A stretch of 32,000 nt of DNA from Planctomycetales bacterium (GCA_022646745.1 CP060262.1:1440001-1472000); one strand, 5' to 3'; positions 15,281 to 24,763 are shown, counted from the stretch's first letter. Numbers and translations are program-made. Notes: generated by a model from the sequence alone, not told the origin.

Positions 15281-18103
15281 ATGAGAAATGCACTGTATGT
15301 CTGGGCCATCGCCGTCTCAATCCTGCTCACCTCCTGCGGAGGCGGGTCGGGCGGAGACCAGGTACTCTTCAAGCGCGAGAAGTTCGAGTTCAACGAGGAT
15401 CAGCCGGTCCTCGAATACAGCATCGAACATGCCAAGCCCGCGCCGGAGATCACCGTGGCCATGGACGGGGTGCCGGACCTTTCAGACCTGCCGGCCGTCG
15501 AGCGCAGCTCGAGCAATGCGCCGGAGGACTTCATCCGCTTTGGTTCGCAGCTGATCACGCCGGAAATGAAGTCCTTCTCCAGTGTGGACGGGGATTTCCT
15601 CGTGATGACGCCGGACTGGGTGCGCACCGCCAACCCGCCCACCAGCGACCTGGCCTGGGCGGTCTACGGCTTCGGCCTGACCGGCTATGTCAGCCCCGGC
15701 ACCCTGCAGCTGTGGTGGGATGGCACCACGCCGCCCGCCGGCAACTACTTCATCGGCATCAGCAACTTCGATGCCGGCCGCTGGCAATGGTTCCAGGGAC
15801 CGGCCCCCGGCACGGCGATGGACTTCGGCAACCTGGCGGACTTCTTCTCCCCGACGGACACCCTGTACATCGCCGTCGTGCTGACCGGGCAGGGCAGCTA
15901 CAGCCTCGGCCAGCTGCGCCTCGGTGACAACATCGCCCCGGTGGCGGACCTGCAGGCTGACACGACCAGCGGCACCGTGCCGCTGACCGTCAACTTCGAC
16001 GCCAGTGCGAGCTATGACATCGACGGCGACATCACAAGCTTCGAATGGGACTTCACCGGTGACGGCTTCGGTGCCCCCGGTACCGACCAGACCGCCCAGC
16101 ATGTCTACAACCAGACAGGCAACTTCCTCGTGCGCGTGCAGCTGACGGACAATGAGGGCGCCCAGCGCATCGCGGAGACCGTTGTCAGCGTCACCCCTGT
16201 CATTGACAATGACCCGCCTACGGCGGTGCTCGGCGCCAACAAGACCACCGGTTCCGCCCCGCTCACCGTGCTGTTCAACGGCACCGGCAGCTCCGACCCG
16301 GACGGCACGATCGTCAAGTACGAATGGGACCTTGACGGCAACGGCAGCTTCGAGAAGGACACCGGCGCGGTTGACAGCACGTCCACCACCTTCAACGATC
16401 CCGGCAACTATGACATCAAGCTGCGTGTGACCGACGACCTCGGCAGCACGGCGACTGACAACCTGCTGATCGAGGTGATGGAGGTCGGTGCGCAGAGCCC
16501 GCCGGACGCACTGATGCTGGTGGATTACGGCTTCCGTACCGATGACGGCGTGTTCAACTTCGACGCCTCCGTCTCGACCGACCCGGACGACGACATCGTC
16601 AAGTATGAGTTCGACTGGGACGGTGACGGAACCTACGAGCTTGACAACGGCGGCACGGCCACTGCCCAGCATACCTATCCCGGCATCGGCACATACACGC
16701 CGGTCCTGCGCGTGACCGACAGCGGCGGCCTGAATGACACCTTCCAGGCCACGCTCATCGTTGACAGCGCCGGCAACTACCACGAGACCGAGGCGAATGA
16801 CGACAGCGCTTCCGCTGACCAGCTGCCGGGCTATGGCGGCTATGCGAAGGGCATCCAGGGCTGGCGTGGCAACCTCGGAGTGGGCGGCTATGACGGCAGC
16901 GAGGAGGACTGGCTTGTGTTCGCGGCACCCGAGCCACTGGAGGTGCAGCTGAACCTGGCCTTCATCGATGCCGAGGCTGACATTGACATCCGCCTGTTCC
17001 ATGAGTCCGACCTGAGCACCTCGGTGGCATCCTCCACCGGCACCGGCAACACGGAGTCGATCAGCTACTCGATCCCGGCTGACAAGACCGGCACCTACTT
17101 CATCCGGATCTACATCTACGCCAGCGCGACTGACCGCGGTCCGGCGGACTACACCTTCGATGCCAGCGTGAACCGCCTGCCGGTGGTCACCTTCAACGTC
17201 AGCCCGCTCAGTGGCAACGTGCCCTTCCCGGTCACCCTGGATGCGACGGGCAGCTACGACCCGGACGGCACGATCACAAAGTACGAGTGGGACGTCGATG
17301 GCAACGGCAGCTTCGAGCAAGACACCGGCACGACCTCAGTCTTCATGGGCGACATGACGGTTTCCGGCACGGTGGCGGTCAAGGTGCGCGTGACCGACGA
17401 TCAGGGCGGCAAGGTGACGAAGACCGTAAATGTCAACTCGATCAATGGCAACCCGAATGTGGTCCTGACCGCCAGCCCGCTGAGTGGCGAGGCCCCGCTT
17501 GTGGTGGACTTCGATGCCAGTGGCAGCACCGACCCGGACGGGCATGACCTGACGAAGTTCGAGTGGGACTACAACGGAGACGGCACCTGGGACGAGACCA
17601 CCACCGACCCCTTCGTGACCCATACCTACTATTCGGCAGGCACAGTCAGCGCGATGGTGCGGGTGACGGACCAGTACGGTGCCAGTGGCACCGACTCGGT
17701 GGATATCTCTGTCAGCCTGACCTACGACGAGGTTGAGGACAATGACGACTACCTGACCGGCAACATGTTCCCCGGCACGGACTTCACCGGCTGGTTCGGC
17801 AACCTCGGGCCGGACGGGCCGCTGGATGGAGACGAGTCGGACTGGATGAAGATCCAGATCGTGACACCGGGCAGCTATGTGATCAACATGTACTTCACCG
17901 ATGCGCTGTCCGACCTCGACCTGAAGCTGTATGACACCGACGGCACGTCCCAGATCGGCTCATCGACAAGCACCACTGACAACGAGTCGATCACGTACAA
18001 CTTCACCGCGCCCGGTACCTACTACATCAATGCCTACGTGTGGGCCAGCTCGAACCCGAAGCTCGAGCAGGACTACATGATGGAGGTCCTGCCGGAAGCC
18101 TAG
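15281..18103 (+). CDS. Paralog 1 of the lipoprotein family: N-domain, PKD x3, PPC, PKD x2, PPC (940 aa)
   Basis: Lipobox: MRNALYVWAIAVSILLTSCGGGSGG. The family N-domain spans aa 70-217 (nt 15488-15931). PKD signatures include PLTVNFDASASYDIDGDITSFEWDFTGDG...VRVQLTDNEG. PPC signatures are ETEANDDSASADQL...EEDWLVFAA...GTYFIRIY (nt 16778-17170) and EVEDNDDYLTGN...ESDWMKIQI...GTYYINAY (nt 17717-18091). Confidence 0.9.
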   Translation: MRNALYVWAIAVSILLTSCGGGSGGDQVLFKREKFEFNEDQPVLEYSIEHAKPAPEITVAMDGVPDLSDLPAVERSSSNAPEDFIRFGSQLITPEMKSFSSVDGDFLVMTPDWVRTANPPTSDLAWAVYGFGLTGYVSPGTLQLWWDGTTPPAGNYFIGISNFDAGRWQWFQGPAPGTAMDFGNLADFFSPTDTLYIAVVLTGQGSYSLGQLRLGDNIAPVADLQADTTSGTVPLTVNFDASASYDIDGDITSFEWDFTGDGFGAPGTDQTAQHVYNQTGNFLVRVQLTDNEGAQRIAETVVSVTPVIDNDPPTAVLGANKTTGSAPLTVLFNGTGSSDPDGTIVKYEWDLDGNGSFEKDTGAVDSTSTTFNDPGNYDIKLRVTDDLGSTATDNLLIEVMEVGAQSPPDALMLVDYGFRTDDGVFNFDASVSTDPDDDIVKYEFDWDGDGTYELDNGGTATAQHTYPGIGTYTPVLRVTDSGGLNDTFQATLIVDSAGNYHETEANDDSASADQLPGYGGYAKGIQGWRGNLGVGGYDGSEEDWLVFAAPEPLEVQLNLAFIDAEADIDIRLFHESDLSTSVASSTGTGNTESISYSIPADKTGTYFIRIYIYASATDRGPADYTFDASVNRLPVVTFNVSPLSGNVPFPVTLDATGSYDPDGTITKYEWDVDGNGSFEQDTGTTSVFMGDMTVSGTVAVKVRVTDDQGGKVTKTVNVNSINGNPNVVLTASPLSGEAPLVVDFDASGSTDPDGHDLTKFEWDYNGDGTWDETTTDPFVTHTYYSAGTVSAMVRVTDQYGASGTDSVDISVSLTYDEVEDNDDYLTGNMFPGTDFTGWFGNLGPDGPLDGDESDWMKIQIVTPGSYVINMYFTDALSDLDLKLYDTDGTSQIGSSTSTTDNESITYNFTAPGTYYINAYVWASSNPKLEQDYMMEVLPEA

Positions 18104-18197
18104 GCTGCAGACCGGACTGCGATGCAACTGCTTGTCCTGGTTTGTCCTGGGTTAGAATCTGTGCGGACGGAACCCGGTAAAGTGCGAGGACAAGCGC

Positions 18198-20291
18198 ATG
18201 TTCAGACAGCTCAGTGGCCTGCTGGCCGGAGCGATGCTGCTGCTGGCAGCCTGCTCCAGCGGAAGTGGCGGCCAGGTAAACCAGCCGACAGGCGACGCTG
18301 TCCTGCCGCAGCTTGAATCGCAGCTGCCGGCCATTTCTGCCCTGCCTGCCATGCAGCGCAGTACCAGCAATACGCCGGAAGCCTGCATCCGCACGGGAGC
18401 CGACATCTACAAGGTCTCGGCGAAGATGAATGCCGAGGTGACCGGTGACAAGCTCTCGATGAGCCCGACCTATGATCCGCAGGGCGACCCGCCGATGCAT
18501 GGACTGAGCTGGGGGATCTACGGTTTCAACATCGCAGACTACCAGCGCGGCACGGAGATCCAGGCAAAGTGGAATGGCACTGCGCCCGCCAGCTCCGGCA
18601 TCTACATCGGGGTCAGTGATTACTCCAGCGGACACTGGCAGTGGCGCCAGGGTACGGCGGACGGGACCGTGGACTTCCCGGGGCTGGCTGACTATTTCTC
18701 TGCCAACGGCGACCTGTATGTGGTGGTGCTGCTGGCAACGGAGGGCCAGTTCACCTTCGGCAGGCTGCGCCTCGGCGGCAACTTCCCGCCGGTGATTGAT
18801 TACACGATTGACAACGACAGCGCCCAGGGCAAGCTGACGGTCAACATCGATGCCTCCGCCAGCTACGATCCGGATGGCACTCTGACTTTCTTTGAATGGT
18901 CCGCCGAGGGTGGGCCGATCTTCGAGCCATCCGGTCCGTTCCTGTACTGGGAGTATGACCATGTCGGCGAGTACGACTGCATAGGCAGGGCGCATGACCT
19001 CGAAGGAGGGATGACTGAATTTGTCATCCCGATCAGCGTGACCCCCGTGCCTGGCAATGACCCGCCGGTGGCCGATATCTACTCTGAATCTGAAGTGGAA
19101 TCCGGCCTGGTGCCGCTTTCCGTCACGCTCAATGCACAGGACAGCACGGACCCGGAGAACGGTTTCATGACATTCCGCTGGGACATTGACGAGGACGGGT
19201 ACTTCGAGCAGTTCACCTTTGGCAGTCCGGTGTTCAAGGCTCTGTACATCGCAGCCGGCACCTACAACCCCAGCGTGATGGTGATTGATGAGTTCGGTGC
19301 CGTCGACACGGCCACGATGCAGATCGAGGTGCTGCCCGTGGAGGGCACGGAAGCTCCCGTTGCCAGACTGGAAGCCGTCTACTGGTATGACAACACTGCG
19401 GGAGAACGGTACTTCACCGCACAGGGATCCTACGACCCTGACAATGACATCGTGAAGTACGAATGGGACTTCGAGGGTGACGGCACGTTCGACGTTGATT
19501 CAGGGATCGATCCCGTGAATAACGTGACCTATTCCCAGGATGGCGGCGTGTTCAACGTCACTATGAGGGTCACTGACAGCGGCGGACGCAGTGACACGGC
19601 AACCTGCCCCGTAATGGTCACGCCATTCTCCGGCCAGCCGGAGCTCGAACCGAATGACAGCCCGGAGACGGCGATCAGCCTGGGCAGTTTTGGCAACGAG
19701 TGCGTGCGGGTGCGCGACTTTCCCGGCCAGCTCAAGTTCGCTGAGGATACAGAGGACTGGTATGTGGTCCATGCCGCACACAACGGCCAGCTGTGGTTCA
19801 ACCTGATCTTCACGCACAGTTTCATGGACATGGACATTGAGATGTACAGCCCTCTTGACCTGGTGAACCCGCTGTACTTCAGCTACTCGGATACCGACAA
19901 CGAGTTCATGTCCGTATTAATTACGGCACCGGGGGACTACTTCCTGCGGGTGTTCACCGACCAGGCAGGGGAGGCCGGGCAGGACAGCGGCTACAAGCTG
20001 GACTTCTGGGACCCCTCCAAGCCGGTGGCTTTCGTCACGGCCTCCGCAACGGTAGTGGAGACGGGGACCGAGGTTGTGCTCAACGCGGGCCGCAGCTATG
20101 ACCGTTACCTGGAGGGCCTGATCTACTTCTTTGACATGGATGGCGACGGGATCTTCGAGAGCGAGCCCGGCGGATGGCTCGGTACTGGCACCGTCAGCTG
20201 GGAAGGACCGCAGGAGCTCGGCGTCAAGGTACAGGACATGCTGGGAATGGAGTCAATCGCCACGGTGACAGTGACGGGCATCGCCCCCTGA
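18198..20291 (+). CDS. Paralog 2 of the lipoprotein family: N-domain, PKD x3, PPC, PKD (697 aa)
   Basis: Lipobox: MFRQLSGLLAGAMLLLAACSSGSGG. N-domain nt 18342-18779 (LSWGIYGFNI...YIGVSDYSSGHWQWRQG...RLRLGGN). PKD motif: DPDNDIVKYEWDFEGDGTFD. PPC: ELEPNDSPETAISL...TEDWYVVHA...GDYFLRVF. Confidence 0.9.
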   Translation: MFRQLSGLLAGAMLLLAACSSGSGGQVNQPTGDAVLPQLESQLPAISALPAMQRSTSNTPEACIRTGADIYKVSAKMNAEVTGDKLSMSPTYDPQGDPPMHGLSWGIYGFNIADYQRGTEIQAKWNGTAPASSGIYIGVSDYSSGHWQWRQGTADGTVDFPGLADYFSANGDLYVVVLLATEGQFTFGRLRLGGNFPPVIDYTIDNDSAQGKLTVNIDASASYDPDGTLTFFEWSAEGGPIFEPSGPFLYWEYDHVGEYDCIGRAHDLEGGMTEFVIPISVTPVPGNDPPVADIYSESEVESGLVPLSVTLNAQDSTDPENGFMTFRWDIDEDGYFEQFTFGSPVFKALYIAAGTYNPSVMVIDEFGAVDTATMQIEVLPVEGTEAPVARLEAVYWYDNTAGERYFTAQGSYDPDNDIVKYEWDFEGDGTFDVDSGIDPVNNVTYSQDGGVFNVTMRVTDSGGRSDTATCPVMVTPFSGQPELEPNDSPETAISLGSFGNECVRVRDFPGQLKFAEDTEDWYVVHAAHNGQLWFNLIFTHSFMDMDIEMYSPLDLVNPLYFSYSDTDNEFMSVLITAPGDYFLRVFTDQAGEAGQDSGYKLDFWDPSKPVAFVTASATVVETGTEVVLNAGRSYDRYLEGLIYFFDMDGDGIFESEPGGWLGTGTVSWEGPQELGVKVQDMLGMESIATVTVTGIAP

Positions 20292-20403
20292 ATGATCGCT
20301 GGCGGATTGCTTCCTGGGAAAGTCAATGATCGAGACTGATCGAGTAGAATTTTCCCAGCCTCCTGCACTGCCATAAGGAACCAGGCAGGTTCAAGGAATA
20401 AAG

Positions 20404-22518
20404 ATGAAAGCTCTTCTCGCCATCGCGTGCGCAGGCTGCCTGCTGCTCGCGGCTTCATGCAGCAGCCAGCCGGCTCAACCGGAGCAAGCGGCTGACCTGC
20501 CCGTTTCCGCGCAGGCTGAGGTTGTACAGCTCAGTCCCTCGCTGTCTGACGGGCTGCCGGGTCTGGACAGCCTGCCTCAGCAGCAGCGCAGCGCCAGCAA
20601 TGTCCCGGAGGACTTCCTGCGGGATGGATATCAGACTTATCAGCCTGATGCATTCGCCAATGCGAGCATTGTCGGGAACATGCTTGTGATGGTTGCGGAT
20701 TACGAGCCAGCGGCCGAGCCGCCGACACGTGAGCTGAGCTGGGCGATCTACGGTTTCAACATCACTGATTTCCAGCGCCAGCCGGAACTGCAGGTACTGT
20801 GGGAAGGCCCCAGGCCGGACGGAGCGCGCCACTACATCGGTGTCAGCGACTTCAGCAGCAATCGCTGGCAATGGTTCCAGGGCACGGATCAGGACATCAT
20901 TGATTTCGGTAGCCTTGACGGCTACTTCTCCGGGAATGGCGACATCTATTTCACCATCCTGGTCGCGGACAAGGGCAACTTCAATCTCAGCCGGCTGCGT
21001 CTGGGGGAGAACCTGCCGCCCGTGGCCAGCCTGATCCCGAACCAGACCAGTGGAACGGGCTCTCTGGAGGTCCAGTTCGACGCCTCGGGATGCCACGATC
21101 CGGACGGCAGCATTGCAGGCTACGAATGGTCAATGGAGGATCCGGACTACACGGATTTCCGGTACCCGGCCCCGGTGGTTTTCTGGACTTACGACCACGC
21201 GGGCGAGTACACCTGCACACTGCGCCTGACGGACAATGACGGAGCCACCGCCGAGCTCAGCATCCCGATTTCGGTCGCCCTGGTGGATGGCAACGCTGCG
21301 CCGCTTGCCTCGATCGTGCCTGACACCAGCGGAGGACCGGTCCCGCAGTGGATCAACTTCGACTGCAGCGGCAGCAGTGACACGGACGGCTCGATAGCCG
21401 GCTACCGTTTCGACTTCGACGGAGACGGGCATTTCGAGATTTTTGGCAGTGCCGTGCAGAAGTGGTTCTTCGCCGAACCGGGCAGCTATGAGATCTCCGT
21501 GATGGCGATTGACAACCAGGGCAGCTTCGGCACAGCCTCAACCACGGTGGTGATTGACCCGGTTGATGGTACTGAGCCGCCGACCATCGTCGTCAAGTCC
21601 GACTACAGCTTCAACTCACCGGGTGCCTTCAGGATAGACTGGAGCGAGAGCAGCGACCCCGACAATGACATCGTCTCGTTCGAGACGGACCTGGAGGGTG
21701 ATGGCATATTCGATTATTCTTTCGCCCCCGGTGAGGAATTCGTGGCGACCTATGCCCAGACAGGGCAGACTTTCAACGCGACATTCCGCGTGACGGACAG
21801 CGGCGGCCGGACAGACGTTGCCAGCATACCGCTGCGGATCGGGCCGAATTCCGGCCTGGCGGAAACTGAACCCAACGGTACCCCGGGCGAGGCCGAGGAG
21901 TTCACCGGCTTCATGAACTACTCCAAGGGGATCTGCAACTGGAAGGGCTCACTGGATGAGGGCGGCGGCGACAGCGCGGACTGGTACTCCTTCGAATCCG
22001 ACCGCAGCGGTCCAGTGGCGTTCGTCGCGGATTTCCTCCGCAGCGAGATAGACATGCGCCTGGACCTGTATTCCGCCGGCGACACCGACAACCCACTGGC
22101 CAGCTCCCACGGCATCGTGGACAAGGAAATCCTCAAGTTCGAGCTACCCGCCGCCGGCCATTACCTGATCCGTGTGAGCATAGATCCCTCAGCACTGGCG
22201 AAGGGCCCCGGTGACTACACATTCCGCTGCCGCAACTATGACGGCCCGCACGCCGCCCTGTCCGCTGATCCACTCTTTGGGTCGGTTCCATTTGACATTT
22301 CGCTGGATGCATCTGCCAGCACAGTTGAGATGGGCTACATCACTGAATACCAGTTTGATGTCGACGGTGACGGGATCTTTGAAGTGACCGGCCAGTTCCA
22401 GCCCACCTATGACACGCAGATCACAGTACCCGGTGCAATCGTCGTCAGCGTGCGCGTAATCGATGAGTGGGGCCTCGCGGATACAGACTTCGTCATAGTC
22501 ACTGCCTTGCCCATTTGA
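20404..22518 (+). CDS. Paralog 3 of the lipoprotein family: N-domain, PKD x3, PPC, PKD (704 aa)
   Basis: Lipobox: MKALLAIACAGCLLLAASCSSQP. N-domain nt 20572-21006 (LSWAIYGFNI...YIGVSDFSSNRWQWFQG...RLRLGEN). PPC: ETEPNGTPGEAEEF...SADWYSFES...GHYLIRVS. Confidence 0.9.
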   Translation: MKALLAIACAGCLLLAASCSSQPAQPEQAADLPVSAQAEVVQLSPSLSDGLPGLDSLPQQQRSASNVPEDFLRDGYQTYQPDAFANASIVGNMLVMVADYEPAAEPPTRELSWAIYGFNITDFQRQPELQVLWEGPRPDGARHYIGVSDFSSNRWQWFQGTDQDIIDFGSLDGYFSGNGDIYFTILVADKGNFNLSRLRLGENLPPVASLIPNQTSGTGSLEVQFDASGCHDPDGSIAGYEWSMEDPDYTDFRYPAPVVFWTYDHAGEYTCTLRLTDNDGATAELSIPISVALVDGNAAPLASIVPDTSGGPVPQWINFDCSGSSDTDGSIAGYRFDFDGDGHFEIFGSAVQKWFFAEPGSYEISVMAIDNQGSFGTASTTVVIDPVDGTEPPTIVVKSDYSFNSPGAFRIDWSESSDPDNDIVSFETDLEGDGIFDYSFAPGEEFVATYAQTGQTFNATFRVTDSGGRTDVASIPLRIGPNSGLAETEPNGTPGEAEEFTGFMNYSKGICNWKGSLDEGGGDSADWYSFESDRSGPVAFVADFLRSEIDMRLDLYSAGDTDNPLASSHGIVDKEILKFELPAAGHYLIRVSIDPSALAKGPGDYTFRCRNYDGPHAALSADPLFGSVPFDISLDASASTVEMGYITEYQFDVDGDGIFEVTGQFQPTYDTQITVPGAIVVSVRVIDEWGLADTDFVIVTALPI

Positions 22519-22640
22519 ACCATGCCAGGGGTAGCTGGGACCTGCTTGCCGCGAAGCTCAGTTTGGTGATTCTTTCAGCTAGAATTCTGTGCTGCCCCTC
22601 CAGCATGCTGGAGAGTATCCGGGCGCAGTGAGGAATAAAG

Positions 22641-24740
22641 ATGCGTGCTTCATTTGCCCTTCTGCTGGCAGGCTGCCTTTTCTGCCTGGCAGCCTGTTCA
22701 TCCGGCGCTGCCAACCTGCAGGAAAAGGCTGCCACGCCTGAGCGCCAGTCCGGTCCGGTTGAACTGCCGCAGGACCTGCTTGCCCAGCTTCCAGCCCCGG
22801 CCGAGCTGCCCGCCGTTGGGCGCAGCTTCAGTGATACACCGGCGGACTACATCCGCAAGGGTGCGGAGATCATCACGCCCGGCAGCCGCGAGAATGCGAT
22901 CGTGTTCGGGGACAGCCTGCTGATGGCCCCGGACTGGGACCCCGCCGCCAACCCGCCGAAGCTGGATGTGAGCTGGGGCATCTACGGTTACCACCTGCCG
23001 GGATTCGCAAGGGAGGCTCAGGTCGACCTGCAGTGGGGCGTGCGCCCGGACTCCGGCGAGTACTACGTCGGCATCACGGATTACGGCAGCGGCCGCTGGA
23101 AATGGCAGCTTGGCAATGACGATGACCACTTCGACTTCGGCTCGCTGGACGGCTATTTCTCGAACTTCGACGCGATCTACTGCTGCGTGTTGCTGACCGG
23201 CAGCGGCAGCTTCGAGCTGACCCGTGTGCGGCTCGGTGGCAACTTCGCCCCGACCGCCAGCTTCACCGTGGCCCAGGACAGCGGCCAGTACTTCTTCACC
23301 ACAGGGTTTGACGGCTCCGCCAGCTCCGACCTGGATGGCACGATCGCCGAGTACCACTGGTCATTCGAGGACCCAATCTACTTCACACCCGGTGACCTCG
23401 GGCCGACCCCCAGCCACGACTACGACCATGTCGGCACCTTCACCTGCACCCTGCGCGTGGTTGATAACGAAGGTGGCACCGGCGAAGCCACCGCCACGAT
23501 CAATGTGACCGGTGAACCGGGCAACCTGCCACCGATCGCGGACATCGTGGCCTTGCCGAACGGCGGTCCGCTGCCCCAGGCCATCAACTTTGACGCCTTC
23601 AACAGCATGGACCCGGATGGCGGCATCGTCAATTACCGCTGGGACCTTGACGACGACGGGTTCCATGAGCTGCAGACCCCGGTCCCCTTCGCCTACCGCG
23701 AATTCATCGAGGCTGGCACCTTCACCGTCGGGGTGATGGTGATCGATTTCTTCGGGGAAAGTGCCACGGCCACGACGGATGTCACGATCACTCCGATCAG
23801 CGGTGAGAACCCACCCACTGCTGAACTGAGCATCGACTACTACTGCCTGCAGAGCGGAATCATCCGTTACATCGACACGAGCGGCCTCGTGGACCCCGAC
23901 AATGACATCGTCAAGTACGAATGGGACTTCGAGGGTGACGGCACGTTTGACTATGACCTCGGCCTGAACCCCGGTGGTGACATCACCTACACGCTGCCCG
24001 GCGAATTCACGCCAACGGTGCGCATCACCGACAGTGGTGAGCGGGAGGCCACCGCCAGCCTGAAGGTGATCGTGTCAAACGGGGTGGACCCGCAGGAGAC
24101 TGAGCCCAACAATGCCGAGACGGAGGCGGACAGCCTCGGCGGTTTCCTCAACTACGCGAAGCATATCCGCGACTGGAGTGCTAGCGTCGGCGGCAGCGAC
24201 ACCGAGGACTGGTACGCGATCGATGCCGACCGGGCCACGACCGCCAGCTTCTGGGTGGACTTCAGTTCGGCGACGGTCGACCTTTCACTGGCTCTGTACC
24301 ATGAGTCAGACCTGGTCGTTCCGTTGATTGAATCGATTGACAACGTGGACCGTGAATACATCAACTTTGGCCTGCCGGCCGCCGGGCGCTACTACCTGAA
24401 GGTGTTCGTGCCCGGTTCCGCCATCGAGACCGGCCCGGGCAACTACAAGCTGACCTGCCTGGAGAACCATCCGCCCATCGCCGTGCTGACTGGATCACCG
24501 GACATTGGGTTTGCACCCTTGCTGGTAATGCTGGATGCCAGCCTGAGCTCGGACGATGAGGACGGGCTGTCGGTCATCTTTGACTATGACCTGGACGGTG
24601 ACGGCTTCTTCGAAACCACCTTTGAGAACAGCACGATCAATACGACCCTCGTCTCACCCGGGTCATACCCGCTTGCTGTGCGGGTAACGGATTCGCTCGG
24701 GGAAACTGACATCGCCTACAAGATAATCACCGTGAACTAG
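22641..24740 (+). CDS. Paralog 4 of the lipoprotein family: N-domain, PKD x3, PPC, PKD (699 aa)
   Basis: Lipobox: MRASFALLLAGCLFCLAACSSGAAN. N-domain nt 22806-23240 (VSWGIYGYHL...YVGITDYGSGRWKWQLG...RVRLGGN). PPC: ETEPNNAETEADSL...TEDWYAIDA...GRYYLKVF. Confidence 0.9.
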   Translation: MRASFALLLAGCLFCLAACSSGAANLQEKAATPERQSGPVELPQDLLAQLPAPAELPAVGRSFSDTPADYIRKGAEIITPGSRENAIVFGDSLLMAPDWDPAANPPKLDVSWGIYGYHLPGFAREAQVDLQWGVRPDSGEYYVGITDYGSGRWKWQLGNDDDHFDFGSLDGYFSNFDAIYCCVLLTGSGSFELTRVRLGGNFAPTASFTVAQDSGQYFFTTGFDGSASSDLDGTIAEYHWSFEDPIYFTPGDLGPTPSHDYDHVGTFTCTLRVVDNEGGTGEATATINVTGEPGNLPPIADIVALPNGGPLPQAINFDAFNSMDPDGGIVNYRWDLDDDGFHELQTPVPFAYREFIEAGTFTVGVMVIDFFGESATATTDVTITPISGENPPTAELSIDYYCLQSGIIRYIDTSGLVDPDNDIVKYEWDFEGDGTFDYDLGLNPGGDITYTLPGEFTPTVRITDSGEREATASLKVIVSNGVDPQETEPNNAETEADSLGGFLNYAKHIRDWSASVGGSDTEDWYAIDADRATTASFWVDFSSATVDLSLALYHESDLVVPLIESIDNVDREYINFGLPAAGRYYLKVFVPGSAIETGPGNYKLTCLENHPPIAVLTGSPDIGFAPLLVMLDASLSSDDEDGLSVIFDYDLDGDGFFETTFENSTINTTLVSPGSYPLAVRVTDSLGETDIAYKIITVN

Positions 24741-24757
24741 GCCGGCCCGCTCTGGCC

Positions 24758-24763
24758 TATAAT
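24758..24763 (+). promoter_or_regulatory. Candidate -10 hexamer TATAAT upstream of nuoA
   Basis: TATAAT lies 30 nt upstream of the nuoA ATG. I find no good -35. A small hairpin (gcggc gctgt gccgc) lies in the putative leader. Confidence 0.2.

Noticed and set aside
15482-17320. Very long antisense ORFs inside real genes (15482..17320 minus, 11490..12941 plus, 13059..14429 plus, 27968..29227 minus, 29167..30732 minus, 1155..2132 minus, 6048..6803 minus)
   Set aside because: These are typical high-GC shadow ORFs. Their translations are Arg/Ala/His/Val-rich and low in complexity, with no motifs. The opposite strand carries clear family signatures (PKD/PPC, S8, NuoD, NuoH, MocR, M28).
19434-19493. 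A 60-nt stretch in paralog 2 nearly identical (3 mismatches) to 23892-23951 in paralog 4, possibly a gene-conversion tract
   Set aside because: It encodes the identical PKD core motif DPDNDIVKYEWDFEGDGTFD in both. Identical peptide plus strong G/C-ending codon bias explains most of the identity, and the flanks diverge immediately. It cannot be distinguished from constraint without a substitution analysis.
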